Assembly: GCA_964620945.1 (NCBI GenBank)
Contig: CAZUIE010000003.1
Location: 405 to 64,404 of the forward strand
DNA: 64,000 bases
Direction: 5' to 3'
From: an uncultured Maribacter sp.
Lineage (GTDB): Bacteria; Bacteroidota; Bacteroidia; Flavobacteriales; Flavobacteriaceae
Shown here: positions 1 to 10,051 of the stretch, piece by piece
Position numbering within the stretch: position 1 is the first letter of the stretch
Layout of the letters: every line of letters begins with the position of its first letter
Notes under the pieces: generated by a model
Databases searched by the model: none
Seen by the model: the letters and a program-made list of their open reading frames with translations, nothing else
What the model was told of the DNA's origin: nothing
Translations under genes and position numbers: made by a program

Positions 1-1
1 G

Positions 2-988
2 ATGTCTGTACAGCAACTCTATTATAACAATAAAGGAGTTTCAGCAAAACGCCTCCTCTTTCTCTACAAAAACAACCAAAAGTACGATTCTAGTTCTTTC
101 TTGGATTTTTACCAACAAATCGTTGATGAGTCCAGATTGAAAGGAAAAATACGTACCGCCAATACCCAACAGAAATATATTGAAAAACTAAAAAAGTTCG
201 CTAGCCACGTTTCGTTTGCAGATTTATCTGTCCAATTTGCCAAGGACTACGAAAAATGGATGCTTGAAAAAGGGAATAAGATAAATACAGTGGCCTCGAA
301 TTTTAAAGCTATCTATGCTGTTCTGAACAAAGCGGTCAAGGTGGGCATAATAAAACAAAATCCCATAAAAGGCTATGAAATTGTAACCGAAAACGTACAA
401 AAAGATTCATTGACCTATGAGGAGATTTTAAAACTTTCCGAATTGGAAATCCCAGTAAGGTTCAAAGGAATGATTAAGGCCAGGGATATGTTTCTGTTCT
501 CCTTCTACACAGCAGGGATGAGATTCTCCGATGTTTGCCGACTTAAATGGGAAAATATATTGGAAAATGAAATCGTCTATACCATGCGCAAATCTAGGGC
601 AAGAGCTGGCGCAAAAAGGACGTTGCCCTTAACTCCGAAAGCCATTGCCATCTTGGATAAATACAAAGACAAAAGTCCGGTATTCGTATTCCCCCCACTC
701 TATGGAATGGACAAAAAGTCTTTGGAAGAAGTTGAACACAAACTATACATTGCCAATAATGCCATTAATCGTTCTTTGAGAATTGTTTGCAAAAGGGCAG
801 GAATACATAAATGGGTAAATATGCATATGGCTAAACATTCTTTTGCAGATTTTGCCGTAAAAAATAATACAGGCCTTTTACTAATTTCCAAACTTTTGGG
901 ACACACTAAATTATCTACCACCCAACATTATTTAAAGGATTTTTATCACAAAGAGGAAGCGGAAGAAATGAATCGTTTGTTTGGATAG
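2..988 (+). CDS. Tyrosine recombinase/integrase (probably N-terminally truncated by the window edge)
   Basis: SAM-like core-binding region, AGMRFSD (catalytic R), HMAKHSF, LLGHTKLSTTQHY (catalytic Y). Confidence 0.93.
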   Translation: MSVQQLYYNNKGVSAKRLLFLYKNNQKYDSSSFLDFYQQIVDESRLKGKIRTANTQQKYIEKLKKFASHVSFADLSVQFAKDYEKWMLEKGNKINTVASNFKAIYAVLNKAVKVGIIKQNPIKGYEIVTENVQKDSLTYEEILKLSELEIPVRFKGMIKARDMFLFSFYTAGMRFSDVCRLKWENILENEIVYTMRKSRARAGAKRTLPLTPKAIAILDKYKDKSPVFVFPPLYGMDKKSLEEVEHKLYIANNAINRSLRIVCKRAGIHKWVNMHMAKHSFADFAVKNNTGLLLISKLLGHTKLSTTQHYLKDFYHKEEAEEMNRLFG

Positions 989-1211
989 ACTATTAGTCAA
1001 AAACATCGCCTCAAAAAAGCAAAGCAGTAGTTTCCCTAATTCTAATCTTCGAAACCTGATGCGTCCAAATCCTCTTTAAAAAATTAATTTTCAAAAACCT
1101 TAAACCTCTCACGATGATATCCCATGTTTTTTCTATGCATATTCTTTAGCAACTCTATCAAATTGGAAAATAACTAGCTTTATCATCTGATAATATCTTT
1201 TGTTTAAACTT

Positions 1212-1796
1212 TTATTGTAAAAGAATTCTTTCTTCCCAACTAAAGACTTCTAACAAAAGGTCTTCCTCAGAATATTCCTTTTCAAGAGCTTTAAGCTTCC
1301 TTTTCTGCTTAGTATGATGGTAAATCTCGGTTAATAAATAGCGTATGCCCTGATTATCGTTTGGGTTGTACGAAATTAATTTTAGAAAAAGATTTTCGGC
1401 TCTAACCAAATCACGACGTCTCATAAATTCTAAACCGAGTATCTGCAGCGACCTAAGAAAAGGTCGGTTTTCAAGAATTAACCATATCAATTTATCTTCG
1501 TTATGATTGAATGAAATAGGCAATGAATCCATACCAATCATATATGCAGTTATAGCATACTGTAGCGCTTGTTCTGTTTTACTCTGGTTTCTATTGCTGA
1601 TACTCAAATGATTGTAAGCATCAATATGACATTCTGGAAATCTTTTAATTATTCTATTGAGACCGATTTGGGCTAAGTCTTCATCATGGTCAATTTGCTC
1701 CACACTTTCATAATAATCATCCATAACGGAGACCATTTCTTCCGGAAAATAGAACCTCCAATCTCCTGAGAAATCTTTATGCACCTCGGGTTTCAT
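1212..1796 (-). CDS. TPR-containing hypothetical protein
   Basis: Helical TPR-like pattern (HIDAYNHL..., W..LENRPFLR, NPNDNQGIRY). Confidence 0.65.
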   Translation of the reverse strand: MKPEVHKDFSGDWRFYFPEEMVSVMDDYYESVEQIDHDEDLAQIGLNRIIKRFPECHIDAYNHLSISNRNQSKTEQALQYAITAYMIGMDSLPISFNHNEDKLIWLILENRPFLRSLQILGLEFMRRRDLVRAENLFLKLISYNPNDNQGIRYLLTEIYHHTKQKRKLKALEKEYSEEDLLLEVFSWEERILLQ

Positions 1797-1853
1797 ATCA
1801 ATCGTTTATTAGAGCTTTTTGAGGAAGATACCAAAATTTCTTACACAACAAAA

Positions 1854-1885
1854 ACTCTTTACAAAAGGTGCGATTTGTAAAGAGT
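1854..1885. repeat. Palindrome ACTCTTTACAAA-N8-TTTGTAAAGAGT (copy 1)
   Basis: Perfect 12-bp inverted arms with spacer AGGTGCGA; second copy at 8109. Confidence 0.9.
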
Positions 1886-2232
1886 AGCGTTTAATAAGCA
1901 TCTCGTTAAGCATGCAATTGATTTTCCATTAGGAGTAACATGATTGATCATTAAGTATTAAATCACATAAAATAAATCCTACTTTCTGGCAAAGAATTAA
2001 GCAGTTAGAAACCGTACTTTTTTGCTTTTTTAGAATTTAAAACGTCACTGACGAAATTATCACAATACTGTATCTACAAATATGATAGGACAATCTTTGG
2101 ATTAGAAAGTACTTTTAATGAAAAGCAAAATGAATTTAAATGGCTGGAACATCTTTTGATATATATTTATAAGTAATTTTCTGACAATAAGTTACCTTTA
2201 TTTTCTGGTTTATTTTTTGACACAAGGGCATT

Positions 2233-5200
2233 ATGCGAAAAAATAAGTTTAATAATGATGTAGCCTCAATAAAAGAGGCTATCAATAATGATCGTTTGGT
2301 TGTTTTTGCCGGTGCGGGGGTATCAAAAGATTCTGAAATTCCCTTATGGAACGAACTACAAGAAGGAATCAGAGATAGATTAAATGAGAGAACAAGCGAA
2401 GTTGATCCAATGAAAATAGCTCAGCTTCTCTATAACGAAAAAGGAGAAAAAGAATACAACGATATTTTAAAGAGACTTTTGTTTGAAAAAAGTTCTATCC
2501 CAAACCTCCTACATGAAACAATATTTGAACTGAATCCGCAGCACATTGTTACAACAAACTATGACAATCATTTTGAATCAATTATTACTGATTATGGCCT
2601 ACCGTTTTCTATAGTTTCAAAAGATGAAGATTTACCATATGCCTCTCAAAAAAAATTGCTAATAAAGTACCATGGTGATTTTGAAAATCACAATACTGTT
2701 TTAAAAGAAAATGACTATTTAGAATTTTCTAAAAACCATACCTTAAAAGAAGTTTTTGTGAAATCCTTATTCAGTAATAAGGTAATTCTTTTTGTTGGTT
2801 ATAGCGTTTCTGACCCTAATCTTAAATTATTAATTAGGGAAATTCAATATTTACTAAAAAAACATCATCAAAGAGCATATATGTTGACTTCTAAAGAAGA
2901 AGTAAATGCTAGTGAGGTAAAGTATTTTGAGAGTTTGGGAATTAATATAATCACAGCAAAAAAAGATTCCGTTAAACCACAAGAAAAAAAGAATTTCAAA
3001 TTATCTGATGTAGGATTAAAAGTATATGATGCTTTATGTTATATAAGAGATTTCAAAGTATACGATTATAGAAGTTCAAACGATATCGAATCAAATCGCT
3101 CAAAAATTATTAATGAATTATATGAATCCATAGCGAGATTTCATTACATAAGAGTGCTTCCTCAAAAAAACTTAGCTGGATTATATCCTATTTACAAGGA
3201 CGCGAAACAGGAACCTGGATATCTTGTACTTGACACTTCATTAAAGCTCTTCAACGAGGATTTATATCAATTAATATCAGAATTTAAGGGAAAAGATGAC
3301 AAAAAATTTTCAGATGATGAAAAAGACAAATTAAATTATTCTCTATCTAGAATAGCCATGTCTGGGATTCATACAATAGGACATGCTGGAAATATCGATT
3401 CTATGGGGAGCTATCCAATTAAAGATGAACTGGATTTCCATACCAAAATCAATTACAGTAGCTGTAACTGTATAGATTGTACTTTGAATAATTACGATTA
3501 TTCGTCTGCGTTGAGTAAGATTTTTAAATATAATATTGATGATAAAACCTCTCTCTGGGATGATTTAGTATTCTTTTATGGTTTATACAGAACGAAAGAT
3601 TTTTATAACTGCTTTCTTGCCTTAAAGAGTATCATTGTCAAAGCTAACAGGCTTAAAAAAATGGAGGTTAGCTTTTTGGCAAAATACAATTTGAAACAAC
3701 TCAAATGGCTCATAAGAAATGATTTTTATAATGATAGAATAAATTGGAGCGATATTCAGGAAATTGAAAAAGAGATAGATAAGATTGATTTGGATGAAGA
3801 GTTGGACAAAGCAAAATACTTTGTTGATGAAGATTTATATTCTTTTTTAAAGGATATAAGAGATGGGGCTTACATTCAAAGATTGTGCAATGAAATTGAT
3901 GAAATTTTTGTCAAGGTACCAAAGACAGTAGAGAGTATCGAAAAAGGGGGGTCTCACAGTAGTAACGTTTTTGGAAATCTTTATAATTCTGTTGGTCTAT
4001 TGAAAGGTTTTCTGGAAGGAAATTTTCTATTGGGAAACGGATTTTCACCAATACAGTACACTTTAAATAAGTCCATTAACTCTTTCGTTTTGGGTTATTA
4101 CCTCAAAAATTTTGCAGGCATTAAAAAACACAGCTTTTTAGGCTTTGGACTTGCTCATATTACGGAATTTGATACATTCCTTTTCAAGTTAATTGTTGAA
4201 AATTCAGACCACAAGGAATTAGTTCAAACCTTGATTAAAAATAAAATTACAAACATTCAAATTGGACAAAAAAGTTCAGGACAAATCACTTCTAAAATTA
4301 ACAACTTCTTAAAGTCCAGTTATAAGATTCCTAAATACTTTGGTCGCGAGCCTGCAGAAGATAGAACCTTCACTTCCACCGTAGTTAATAATCGAAGCCT
4401 TAGAAACCATTTGGCGGAAAAGATAAATGGTATCCTAGTAGTAATTTCATATTTCGATTTAAACGAACATGCTTTAAAAACGATATATTCCAACTTAAAT
4501 CATTACATAAATTTTGTCGGGTTAGATGATAAGAATTATTCGTACCTAACGAGATTTTACAAGAGGAAGCATGAACTTCTTGAAGAGACGGAACTCTTAA
4601 AGACCTTGGATATATTCGACCATCAAAAACTTATGCATGCGACATACATAGCGATTCTAGATGTCTTAATAAAGAAAAACAAAAATTTCAGGCGAGATAT
4701 ATCAATAGACAACTATGATTTAAACAAACACAATCTTGGTTTTCCTACTATATTCAAAGTATTGCCTCCTGAAAAGAAAAAGGACTTCAAAAAAATTCTG
4801 GAAACCAAGCTAAAAGAAGAAATGGATGATCAAATGTTTTATGTTTCTATTTCAAAAAAAATACTGTCAACAAAAAAAATTAAGAATCTATACAAGGTAG
4901 CAATGAGCAAAAAACTGGGATTTAATCTTGATGATTCCAACGTAGACAATGGTTTTGTTCTTTTTAGAGTTAAACAGTTTTTTGATTTAGTAAATCGGGG
5001 GCTTATTAATACGCAGGGAATAGAGAGCAAAAATATTGTAGAAGATAGGTTCCGTTTTTTATTAAATCCAGAAGGATTTGACTCTCAAAAATTCAAGGTC
5101 GAGTGGTTAAAATTTTTTAATTGGGATTCCTACTGCAAAAGGTATTCAAAAATAGAATATATAATTGTGGCTTTAGAAGAGTCCCTTAAAGAAGAGTTTA

Positions 5201-5250
5201 ATGAAGAGTTGAGTAAAGTCTATTTTAAAATGAAAAAATGGGGTCAATAA
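2233..5250 (+). CDS. SIR2-domain NADase, DSR2-like anti-phage defence protein (1005 aa)
   Basis: VFAGAGVS, HIVTTNYD, KYHGD, LFVGYS SIR2 motifs; long helical C-terminus ending FLLNPEGFDSQKFKVEWL, resembling the DSR2 C-terminal motif as I recall it. Confidence 0.85.
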   Translation: MRKNKFNNDVASIKEAINNDRLVVFAGAGVSKDSEIPLWNELQEGIRDRLNERTSEVDPMKIAQLLYNEKGEKEYNDILKRLLFEKSSIPNLLHETIFELNPQHIVTTNYDNHFESIITDYGLPFSIVSKDEDLPYASQKKLLIKYHGDFENHNTVLKENDYLEFSKNHTLKEVFVKSLFSNKVILFVGYSVSDPNLKLLIREIQYLLKKHHQRAYMLTSKEEVNASEVKYFESLGINIITAKKDSVKPQEKKNFKLSDVGLKVYDALCYIRDFKVYDYRSSNDIESNRSKIINELYESIARFHYIRVLPQKNLAGLYPIYKDAKQEPGYLVLDTSLKLFNEDLYQLISEFKGKDDKKFSDDEKDKLNYSLSRIAMSGIHTIGHAGNIDSMGSYPIKDELDFHTKINYSSCNCIDCTLNNYDYSSALSKIFKYNIDDKTSLWDDLVFFYGLYRTKDFYNCFLALKSIIVKANRLKKMEVSFLAKYNLKQLKWLIRNDFYNDRINWSDIQEIEKEIDKIDLDEELDKAKYFVDEDLYSFLKDIRDGAYIQRLCNEIDEIFVKVPKTVESIEKGGSHSSNVFGNLYNSVGLLKGFLEGNFLLGNGFSPIQYTLNKSINSFVLGYYLKNFAGIKKHSFLGFGLAHITEFDTFLFKLIVENSDHKELVQTLIKNKITNIQIGQKSSGQITSKINNFLKSSYKIPKYFGREPAEDRTFTSTVVNNRSLRNHLAEKINGILVVISYFDLNEHALKTIYSNLNHYINFVGLDDKNYSYLTRFYKRKHELLEETELLKTLDIFDHQKLMHATYIAILDVLIKKNKNFRRDISIDNYDLNKHNLGFPTIFKVLPPEKKKDFKKILETKLKEEMDDQMFYVSISKKILSTKKIKNLYKVAMSKKLGFNLDDSNVDNGFVLFRVKQFFDLVNRGLINTQGIESKNIVEDRFRFLLNPEGFDSQKFKVEWLKFFNWDSYCKRYSKIEYIIVALEESLKEEFNEELSKVYFKMKKWGQ

Positions 5251-7973
5251 CTCAACTAAGTATATTTCACAAAAATACCGATGCTACGACAACGGAAAGA
5301 GGTTATGAGTACCAAAAGCTTAGAACAATAGAAATATGGCTTCAGAACAAGCTAAAGGGAAAAGGTGATATAGTCTATTATGATTACGAAGAAGATATTT
5401 TTGAAAGAGATTTAACTAATTTAAAATCAAAGTTTAGACAACTTAAATTATATTCTAGTAATTTCTCTTTCGCAAGTGAAGAAATAAAACATACCATTTC
5501 ACATTTCTTTACCCTGTACTGCAAAGGAGAGTATATTCTAGATGAAATAGAATTTATCTTCGAAGCCAACTCCAATATTGCAAGACAATATCCAGGTAAC
5601 GATGCTATATTGTTAAAAGAATGGCACGAGAATCAATCCGAGTTGAAAGGCGAGCTTTTGGAAAAATGTGTTGAAAAATGTAAAGAAATTGTATCCGACT
5701 ATATCGATTCAATAAAGGATGAGTCTCCTCTATTTGTAAGGTCTAAAGAAGTCTTTGCTGATGTAATAGATAATGGAGAGTTTTGGGAAGGGTTTACGAA
5801 ATCAATTAAATGGGTTTTTAGCGATATTGAACCTGAACAATCCATGTCGCAGATTTTAAATTCCATTATTGACATAACAATCAAACTCCCATATCTGATA
5901 GAACCAAGTATTTCAGATAGTATCATTCACGCGCTACACTTCCATATAAGTCAATGTGCTACAAAAGAATCGCCAGTAGAAAGACTTCTAACAGATAGTA
6001 TTTTAGAAAGAATCGTCTTGGAAGTTAAAGGAAGCGATGAAAAATGGTATTATGGTGAAAGGGATAAATGGAAAGATTGTAATAAAAGCAAGAAGTTTGT
6101 AATAGGTGAAATATATGAAATCATCGGTTTGTCTCGGTTCTATAGGCAGCATTCATTTATAGAAGGTGATGGAAAACAATGGGGTACTATTCTGGAAAGT
6201 CTTTTAGTAAATAATGATACTCCTGATTTTTGCAAAAAAGACATTTCATATGAACTAGTTTTCCTAAAGCTAAGACCTACCCTAGAATTTAAATTCAAGG
6301 GAAAAGACGATGGTTCGATATATGGATATGCCGAAAAATACTTTGAATTAGTCCCTGACCACCTTCATGATCCTTCAAGTATTGAAGACGCAGTGAATCT
6401 ATTGTCAATTTTAAGAGCTGCGGATGGTGCGAAATTAGCGGTTTTAGTAGACAATAGCTTAGACCAATGGACTTCCAAAATTGAAGAATTTATCAATAGC
6501 CATATTCCTTCTTCTTCAATTGAAAAAAGATGTAAACTTCTTGAATCCTTATCTTTCTTACAAATCAACCTTAAGTATTGGGGTCAAACGGAGAGGGACA
6601 AAGGTTTTAAAGACGGACTTATAACAATCAGAGAAATCATAAACTTATCATCCGAAGCAAAATTTTATAATTATACCAGCTTGTATGATAGAATAAATGA
6701 GGTAATCAGTTTTTTTATAACTCAAGATATCATTGAAGACTATCATGAAGTTGTTCAAGAATTAGAAATTATCAGCGATGAGCTAGCCGAACTAGTTGAA
6801 AAAAGAGAAGGAAAGTTTTCTGCGGCCACTTTACATAGAGACCGAGGAATAAAATATTTGCATACAACTAACCCAAAGAACCTGCTTAAGACTTTAGATC
6901 ATTTTCAGAAAGCAAAATTATTGTTGTTTCAAGACGAAACTCATGAAGGATTTGTGTGGGCACTTCTAAATATTGGTCAGGTATACAACTCCATGGGCTT
7001 AAATCTTGCAGCAAAATATTACGCGCTAGCGGGCTTTTACGTAGCGATACAAGAAGAAGACCTACTGAAAAAGGTTATAACAGCAGTTGGATTGATTTTC
7101 CATTTCGATTTTAATCAGGGTGCGTGGATGAGTTGTATGGCGTGTTTTGAAAAATATGTTGTCACAAAAGGAGAGTTTGACCCTGATTGGGATATTGAAA
7201 AAAAGGAAGAATTAGCCAATACCCTAATTGACTACGCATTTGTTCTACATTCGACACCAATTTTTTCTCCACAATTACAAGTTTTGATAAGCCAACAACT
7301 TTTGGATATGGGTTGGTTAAAGGAAGAATTTATGGATATGTTCATCGAAGGATTTGATAAAGAAATAAAGGATATTTCAAAGCTTTATCAAGTAGCCAAA
7401 TCCAAGTTGGTTGATTTTCCGCTGAATGATGTAGGGAAAGAAAGAAGTATTCAATGGCATTCGTACGGTTTTCAATGGAAAATAACTTTTGAAAATGATT
7501 ATGAATCAACCATCCTTGGAGAAGAGTTTTGTGCAATTTTTCAGATTTTACTTTCCGAATTAATAATAAACTTTAATGACCTAGACTTTACCGATACTAT
7601 CAAAACTGTAAAAATACTATTGGTGAAAGGAAGCAAACTGATTCCGCCTAAATTGATGAATACTGAAAAAGGAATAAGCTCATGGGAGGTCTCCCTTCCA
7701 AATTTAGTTAAACCTGTACCGTACTATCCAAACATGCTAACAGTTTTGGTGCATATTATGCAGGAATTATTAAAAGACAAAAAAGTTAAACTGATTGATT
7801 TCTTCCTCGAATTGGAAAAGAAACACGATTTAGGTTCTAAGACTACAGTTGCTCAACCTTATGATAAATTGTACAAGCACGTATTTTCTAAGCAAGAATA
7901 TGATAAGCTTATGAGAACAGATTTTGAAGTGGTTAATATTGAGCAAAAATTCGTAAAAAAGTCCATCATATAA
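5238..7973 (+). CDS. Cap4/DUF4297-like PD-(D/E)xK nuclease fused to a long helical/TPR region; putative defence effector
   Basis: N-terminal DAT.TERGYEYQ...EEDI...QLK motif; TPR-like helices (LDHFQKAK...LNIGQVYNSMGLNLAAKYYAL); overlaps the upstream stop by 13 nt. Confidence 0.65.
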   Translation: MGSITQLSIFHKNTDATTTERGYEYQKLRTIEIWLQNKLKGKGDIVYYDYEEDIFERDLTNLKSKFRQLKLYSSNFSFASEEIKHTISHFFTLYCKGEYILDEIEFIFEANSNIARQYPGNDAILLKEWHENQSELKGELLEKCVEKCKEIVSDYIDSIKDESPLFVRSKEVFADVIDNGEFWEGFTKSIKWVFSDIEPEQSMSQILNSIIDITIKLPYLIEPSISDSIIHALHFHISQCATKESPVERLLTDSILERIVLEVKGSDEKWYYGERDKWKDCNKSKKFVIGEIYEIIGLSRFYRQHSFIEGDGKQWGTILESLLVNNDTPDFCKKDISYELVFLKLRPTLEFKFKGKDDGSIYGYAEKYFELVPDHLHDPSSIEDAVNLLSILRAADGAKLAVLVDNSLDQWTSKIEEFINSHIPSSSIEKRCKLLESLSFLQINLKYWGQTERDKGFKDGLITIREIINLSSEAKFYNYTSLYDRINEVISFFITQDIIEDYHEVVQELEIISDELAELVEKREGKFSAATLHRDRGIKYLHTTNPKNLLKTLDHFQKAKLLLFQDETHEGFVWALLNIGQVYNSMGLNLAAKYYALAGFYVAIQEEDLLKKVITAVGLIFHFDFNQGAWMSCMACFEKYVVTKGEFDPDWDIEKKEELANTLIDYAFVLHSTPIFSPQLQVLISQQLLDMGWLKEEFMDMFIEGFDKEIKDISKLYQVAKSKLVDFPLNDVGKERSIQWHSYGFQWKITFENDYESTILGEEFCAIFQILLSELIINFNDLDFTDTIKTVKILLVKGSKLIPPKLMNTEKGISSWEVSLPNLVKPVPYYPNMLTVLVHIMQELLKDKKVKLIDFFLELEKKHDLGSKTTVAQPYDKLYKHVFSKQEYDKLMRTDFEVVNIEQKFVKKSII

Positions 7974-8108
7974 AGAAATAAAATACTTAAGATTTATACA
8001 ATTTTGGCGAATTTCTTGGTCTCTTTTTCACAACTCTTTACATTATGCTTTTTGGACATGATTTTAAAACTGTAGATAAGCCCCATTAAATATACTTCAA
8101 AAAATAGA

Positions 8109-8140
8109 ACTCTTTACAAAATCCGCTTTTTGTAAAGAGA
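8109..8140. repeat. Palindrome ACTCTTTACAAA-N8-TTTGTAAAGAGA (copy 2)
   Basis: Same arms as 1854-1885 (one terminal mismatch); spacer ATCCGCTT. Confidence 0.9.
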
Positions 8141-8240
8141 TTAAAGATGATAGGTAGCCATATTGGATATTGTCCTAAAAATTTACCAAATTTATTTTTT
8201 TAGGAAACTCAAACCACTAAAATATAACTGTAGCTTACTT

Positions 8241-8486
8241 TTATTCATTCAAAGTAATATAATAGCCATTATTGACCTTAATAGAAATCTCTCCTTTCCT
8301 GAGTTTTTTATTGACCGAATCTATGTCCTCGTAAGCATACAGGTATTTTTTGCCCACTTTGAAAAAACTGACCAACTGCAGTTCTCGCAAAGCTTGCATT
8401 ATTTGACCATTGTAAGACACACCAAGCTTTTCGCAAAATGCCTTTCCGGTCAGATTAAGTGGCTCTATGTTTACCTGATTGCCCAT
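8241..8486 (-). CDS. Small winged-helix DNA-binding protein, excisionase-like
   Basis: LTGKAFCEKLGVS...FFKVGKKYLYAYEDI resembles HTH_17/Xis; lies downstream of the relaxase. Confidence 0.6.
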   Translation of the reverse strand: MGNQVNIEPLNLTGKAFCEKLGVSYNGQIMQALRELQLVSFFKVGKKYLYAYEDIDSVNKKLRKGEISIKVNNGYYITLNE

Positions 8487-8512
8487 CGAATCCTATGCTA
8501 CCTTACTCCATT

Positions 8513-9541
8513 TTAATTCCTTGTTCTTTTTCTTTTCTTCTTTCGCTTCCAACGGTCAAAATCCTCAAGTTCCATTTTAAAGGGCGTAAATGGTTCGTCA
8601 ATCAGGCCATCCTTTTGAGTGCCTCCCAAATCGTATTTTGATTTTTCACTAGTTTGAATTGTCCCTCCCTCAGTATCTTTTGTTTCTCCGATAGCGTTCC
8701 TTGATGTGTCTGTATCTGAAGCAACAACTCCTTTATTTCCTTGTTCTGAATGATTATTTTCGAGAATAATTGTACGGTCTCTGATTTGTTCATAGTCGAT
8801 TTGTTTTATGATGTTGTTCCATGAATATTTTCGACCCAAGCTACTCCCCTTATAGATGACCCCTTCGTATTTGAAGGAGATACCGGAGACCCTTCCCGTT
8901 GTTTTACTGATATTGAATCTTGGCCAAATGTCTTTTGACCGCAATTGGCAGATAAACTCCTCCGCAGTAGTTGAATGTTTTAAAGCTTCCCTCAATTGAT
9001 ATTGAAGCATACTCTTAATCGGTGGGTTACCCGTCCGAAGCGATTTTTCAATCTCTTTTTGAGTGAGTGCCGCCTCTCGTTCCAAAGTCATATCGGGCAG
9101 TTCGGAAAGACCATATTTTTTTTCCAGTTTGCGTACCAAACGTTCGCTGCGCTCATAATCCTTACTATCACTGACCAGTGCCCCGGATAGCTTTACCCTA
9201 TTAGCGACGATATGAATATGTTGGTGGCTTTGGTCATTATGACGGTATATGATATATTGATTATCATCGAATCCCATTTCCTTTAAATAGTCTTCGCCAA
9301 GAGACAAGAATTGGCTGTTGCTCAATTGCTCTCCGGGCGCCAGGTTCAGCGATACATGATAGACGGCTCTTCCGAGACGCGGACGTAACTCTCGAACAAT
9401 ATTGAAATCCTCCGTCATTTCGACCGTACTACCCAATTCGATATTGGAATCCAGTATGACCGCTTCGCCTGATTCAACCTTTTTTTGGTTATAAGCCAAT
9501 AGACCATAGAAATCTTTTCCAATTATTTGTTTGGCTATCAT
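8513..9541 (-). CDS. Relaxase/mobilisation nuclease (MOBP-type)
   Basis: N-terminal catalytic Y (LLAYN), YHVSLN, HNDQSHQHIHI HUH motif, basic C-terminal tail. Confidence 0.93.
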   Translation of the reverse strand: MIAKQIIGKDFYGLLAYNQKKVESGEAVILDSNIELGSTVEMTEDFNIVRELRPRLGRAVYHVSLNLAPGEQLSNSQFLSLGEDYLKEMGFDDNQYIIYRHNDQSHQHIHIVANRVKLSGALVSDSKDYERSERLVRKLEKKYGLSELPDMTLEREAALTQKEIEKSLRTGNPPIKSMLQYQLREALKHSTTAEEFICQLRSKDIWPRFNISKTTGRVSGISFKYEGVIYKGSSLGRKYSWNNIIKQIDYEQIRDRTIILENNHSEQGNKGVVASDTDTSRNAIGETKDTEGGTIQTSEKSKYDLGGTQKDGLIDEPFTPFKMELEDFDRWKRKKKRKRTRN

Positions 9542-9879
9542 CGTTTTTTGATATCAGATTTTAACTCACGTAAGACCCTTTTTAACCCTTCTAATTGCAA
9601 CAACAAAATTTCGGGCGCGTGCATTTTTAAATGAGAATTTCTTGTGAGTTGATTGATGTTGTTTCCTATACGACTTAGCTCGACGAAAAGCTGTCTATTT
9701 TCGGGCGTTATCTTTTTCCTAGGAAGCGGTCTGCTAGTTAGCTTCTTGCGAATGTAATCCGGTATGCCCATGCCTAAAGTTGCCGCATTACCAGAAACAA
9801 TTAGGTATTCATTTACCGTCATGCGTACATTGACCCGTATCGCCTTTAGTGATTCAATATCTTTTTTTGGTCGTGCCAT
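9538..9879 (-). CDS. mobC: Relaxosome accessory protein MobC (ribbon-helix-helix)
   Basis: MARPKK...VRMT; LSRIGNNINQL motif; overlaps relaxase start. Confidence 0.9.
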   Translation of the reverse strand: MARPKKDIESLKAIRVNVRMTVNEYLIVSGNAATLGMGIPDYIRKKLTSRPLPRKKITPENRQLFVELSRIGNNINQLTRNSHLKMHAPEILLLQLEGLKRVLRELKSDIKKR

Positions 9880-9884
9880 AATTC

Positions 9885-9962
9885 AGGGGTTTGGGGAGGT
9901 TCCCCAACAAGACTCGCGAACAAAGTGAGCGGTTTTTGCTTGCAAAAACATGGCTTGCTACA
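9885..9962. promoter_or_regulatory. Putative oriT of the ICE
   Basis: Stacked inverted repeats TTGGGGA..TCCCCAA and GTTTTTGC-TT-GCAAAAAC followed by CTTGCT, immediately upstream of mobC. Confidence 0.6.
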
Positions 9963-10051
9963 TGACCTCCGATTAACTTAGGCCAAACATAAAACATATC
10001 GTAAGTCAATAAGGGCTTTGCCGTACATGGAGTGTTGTACGGTAAATGGAT

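Noticed and set aside
2233..7973. Thoeris, CBASS, Lamassu or SIR2-HerA assignment
   Set aside because: No TIR/ThsB, CD-NTase, SMC ATPase or HerA Walker motifs visible in or beside these genes
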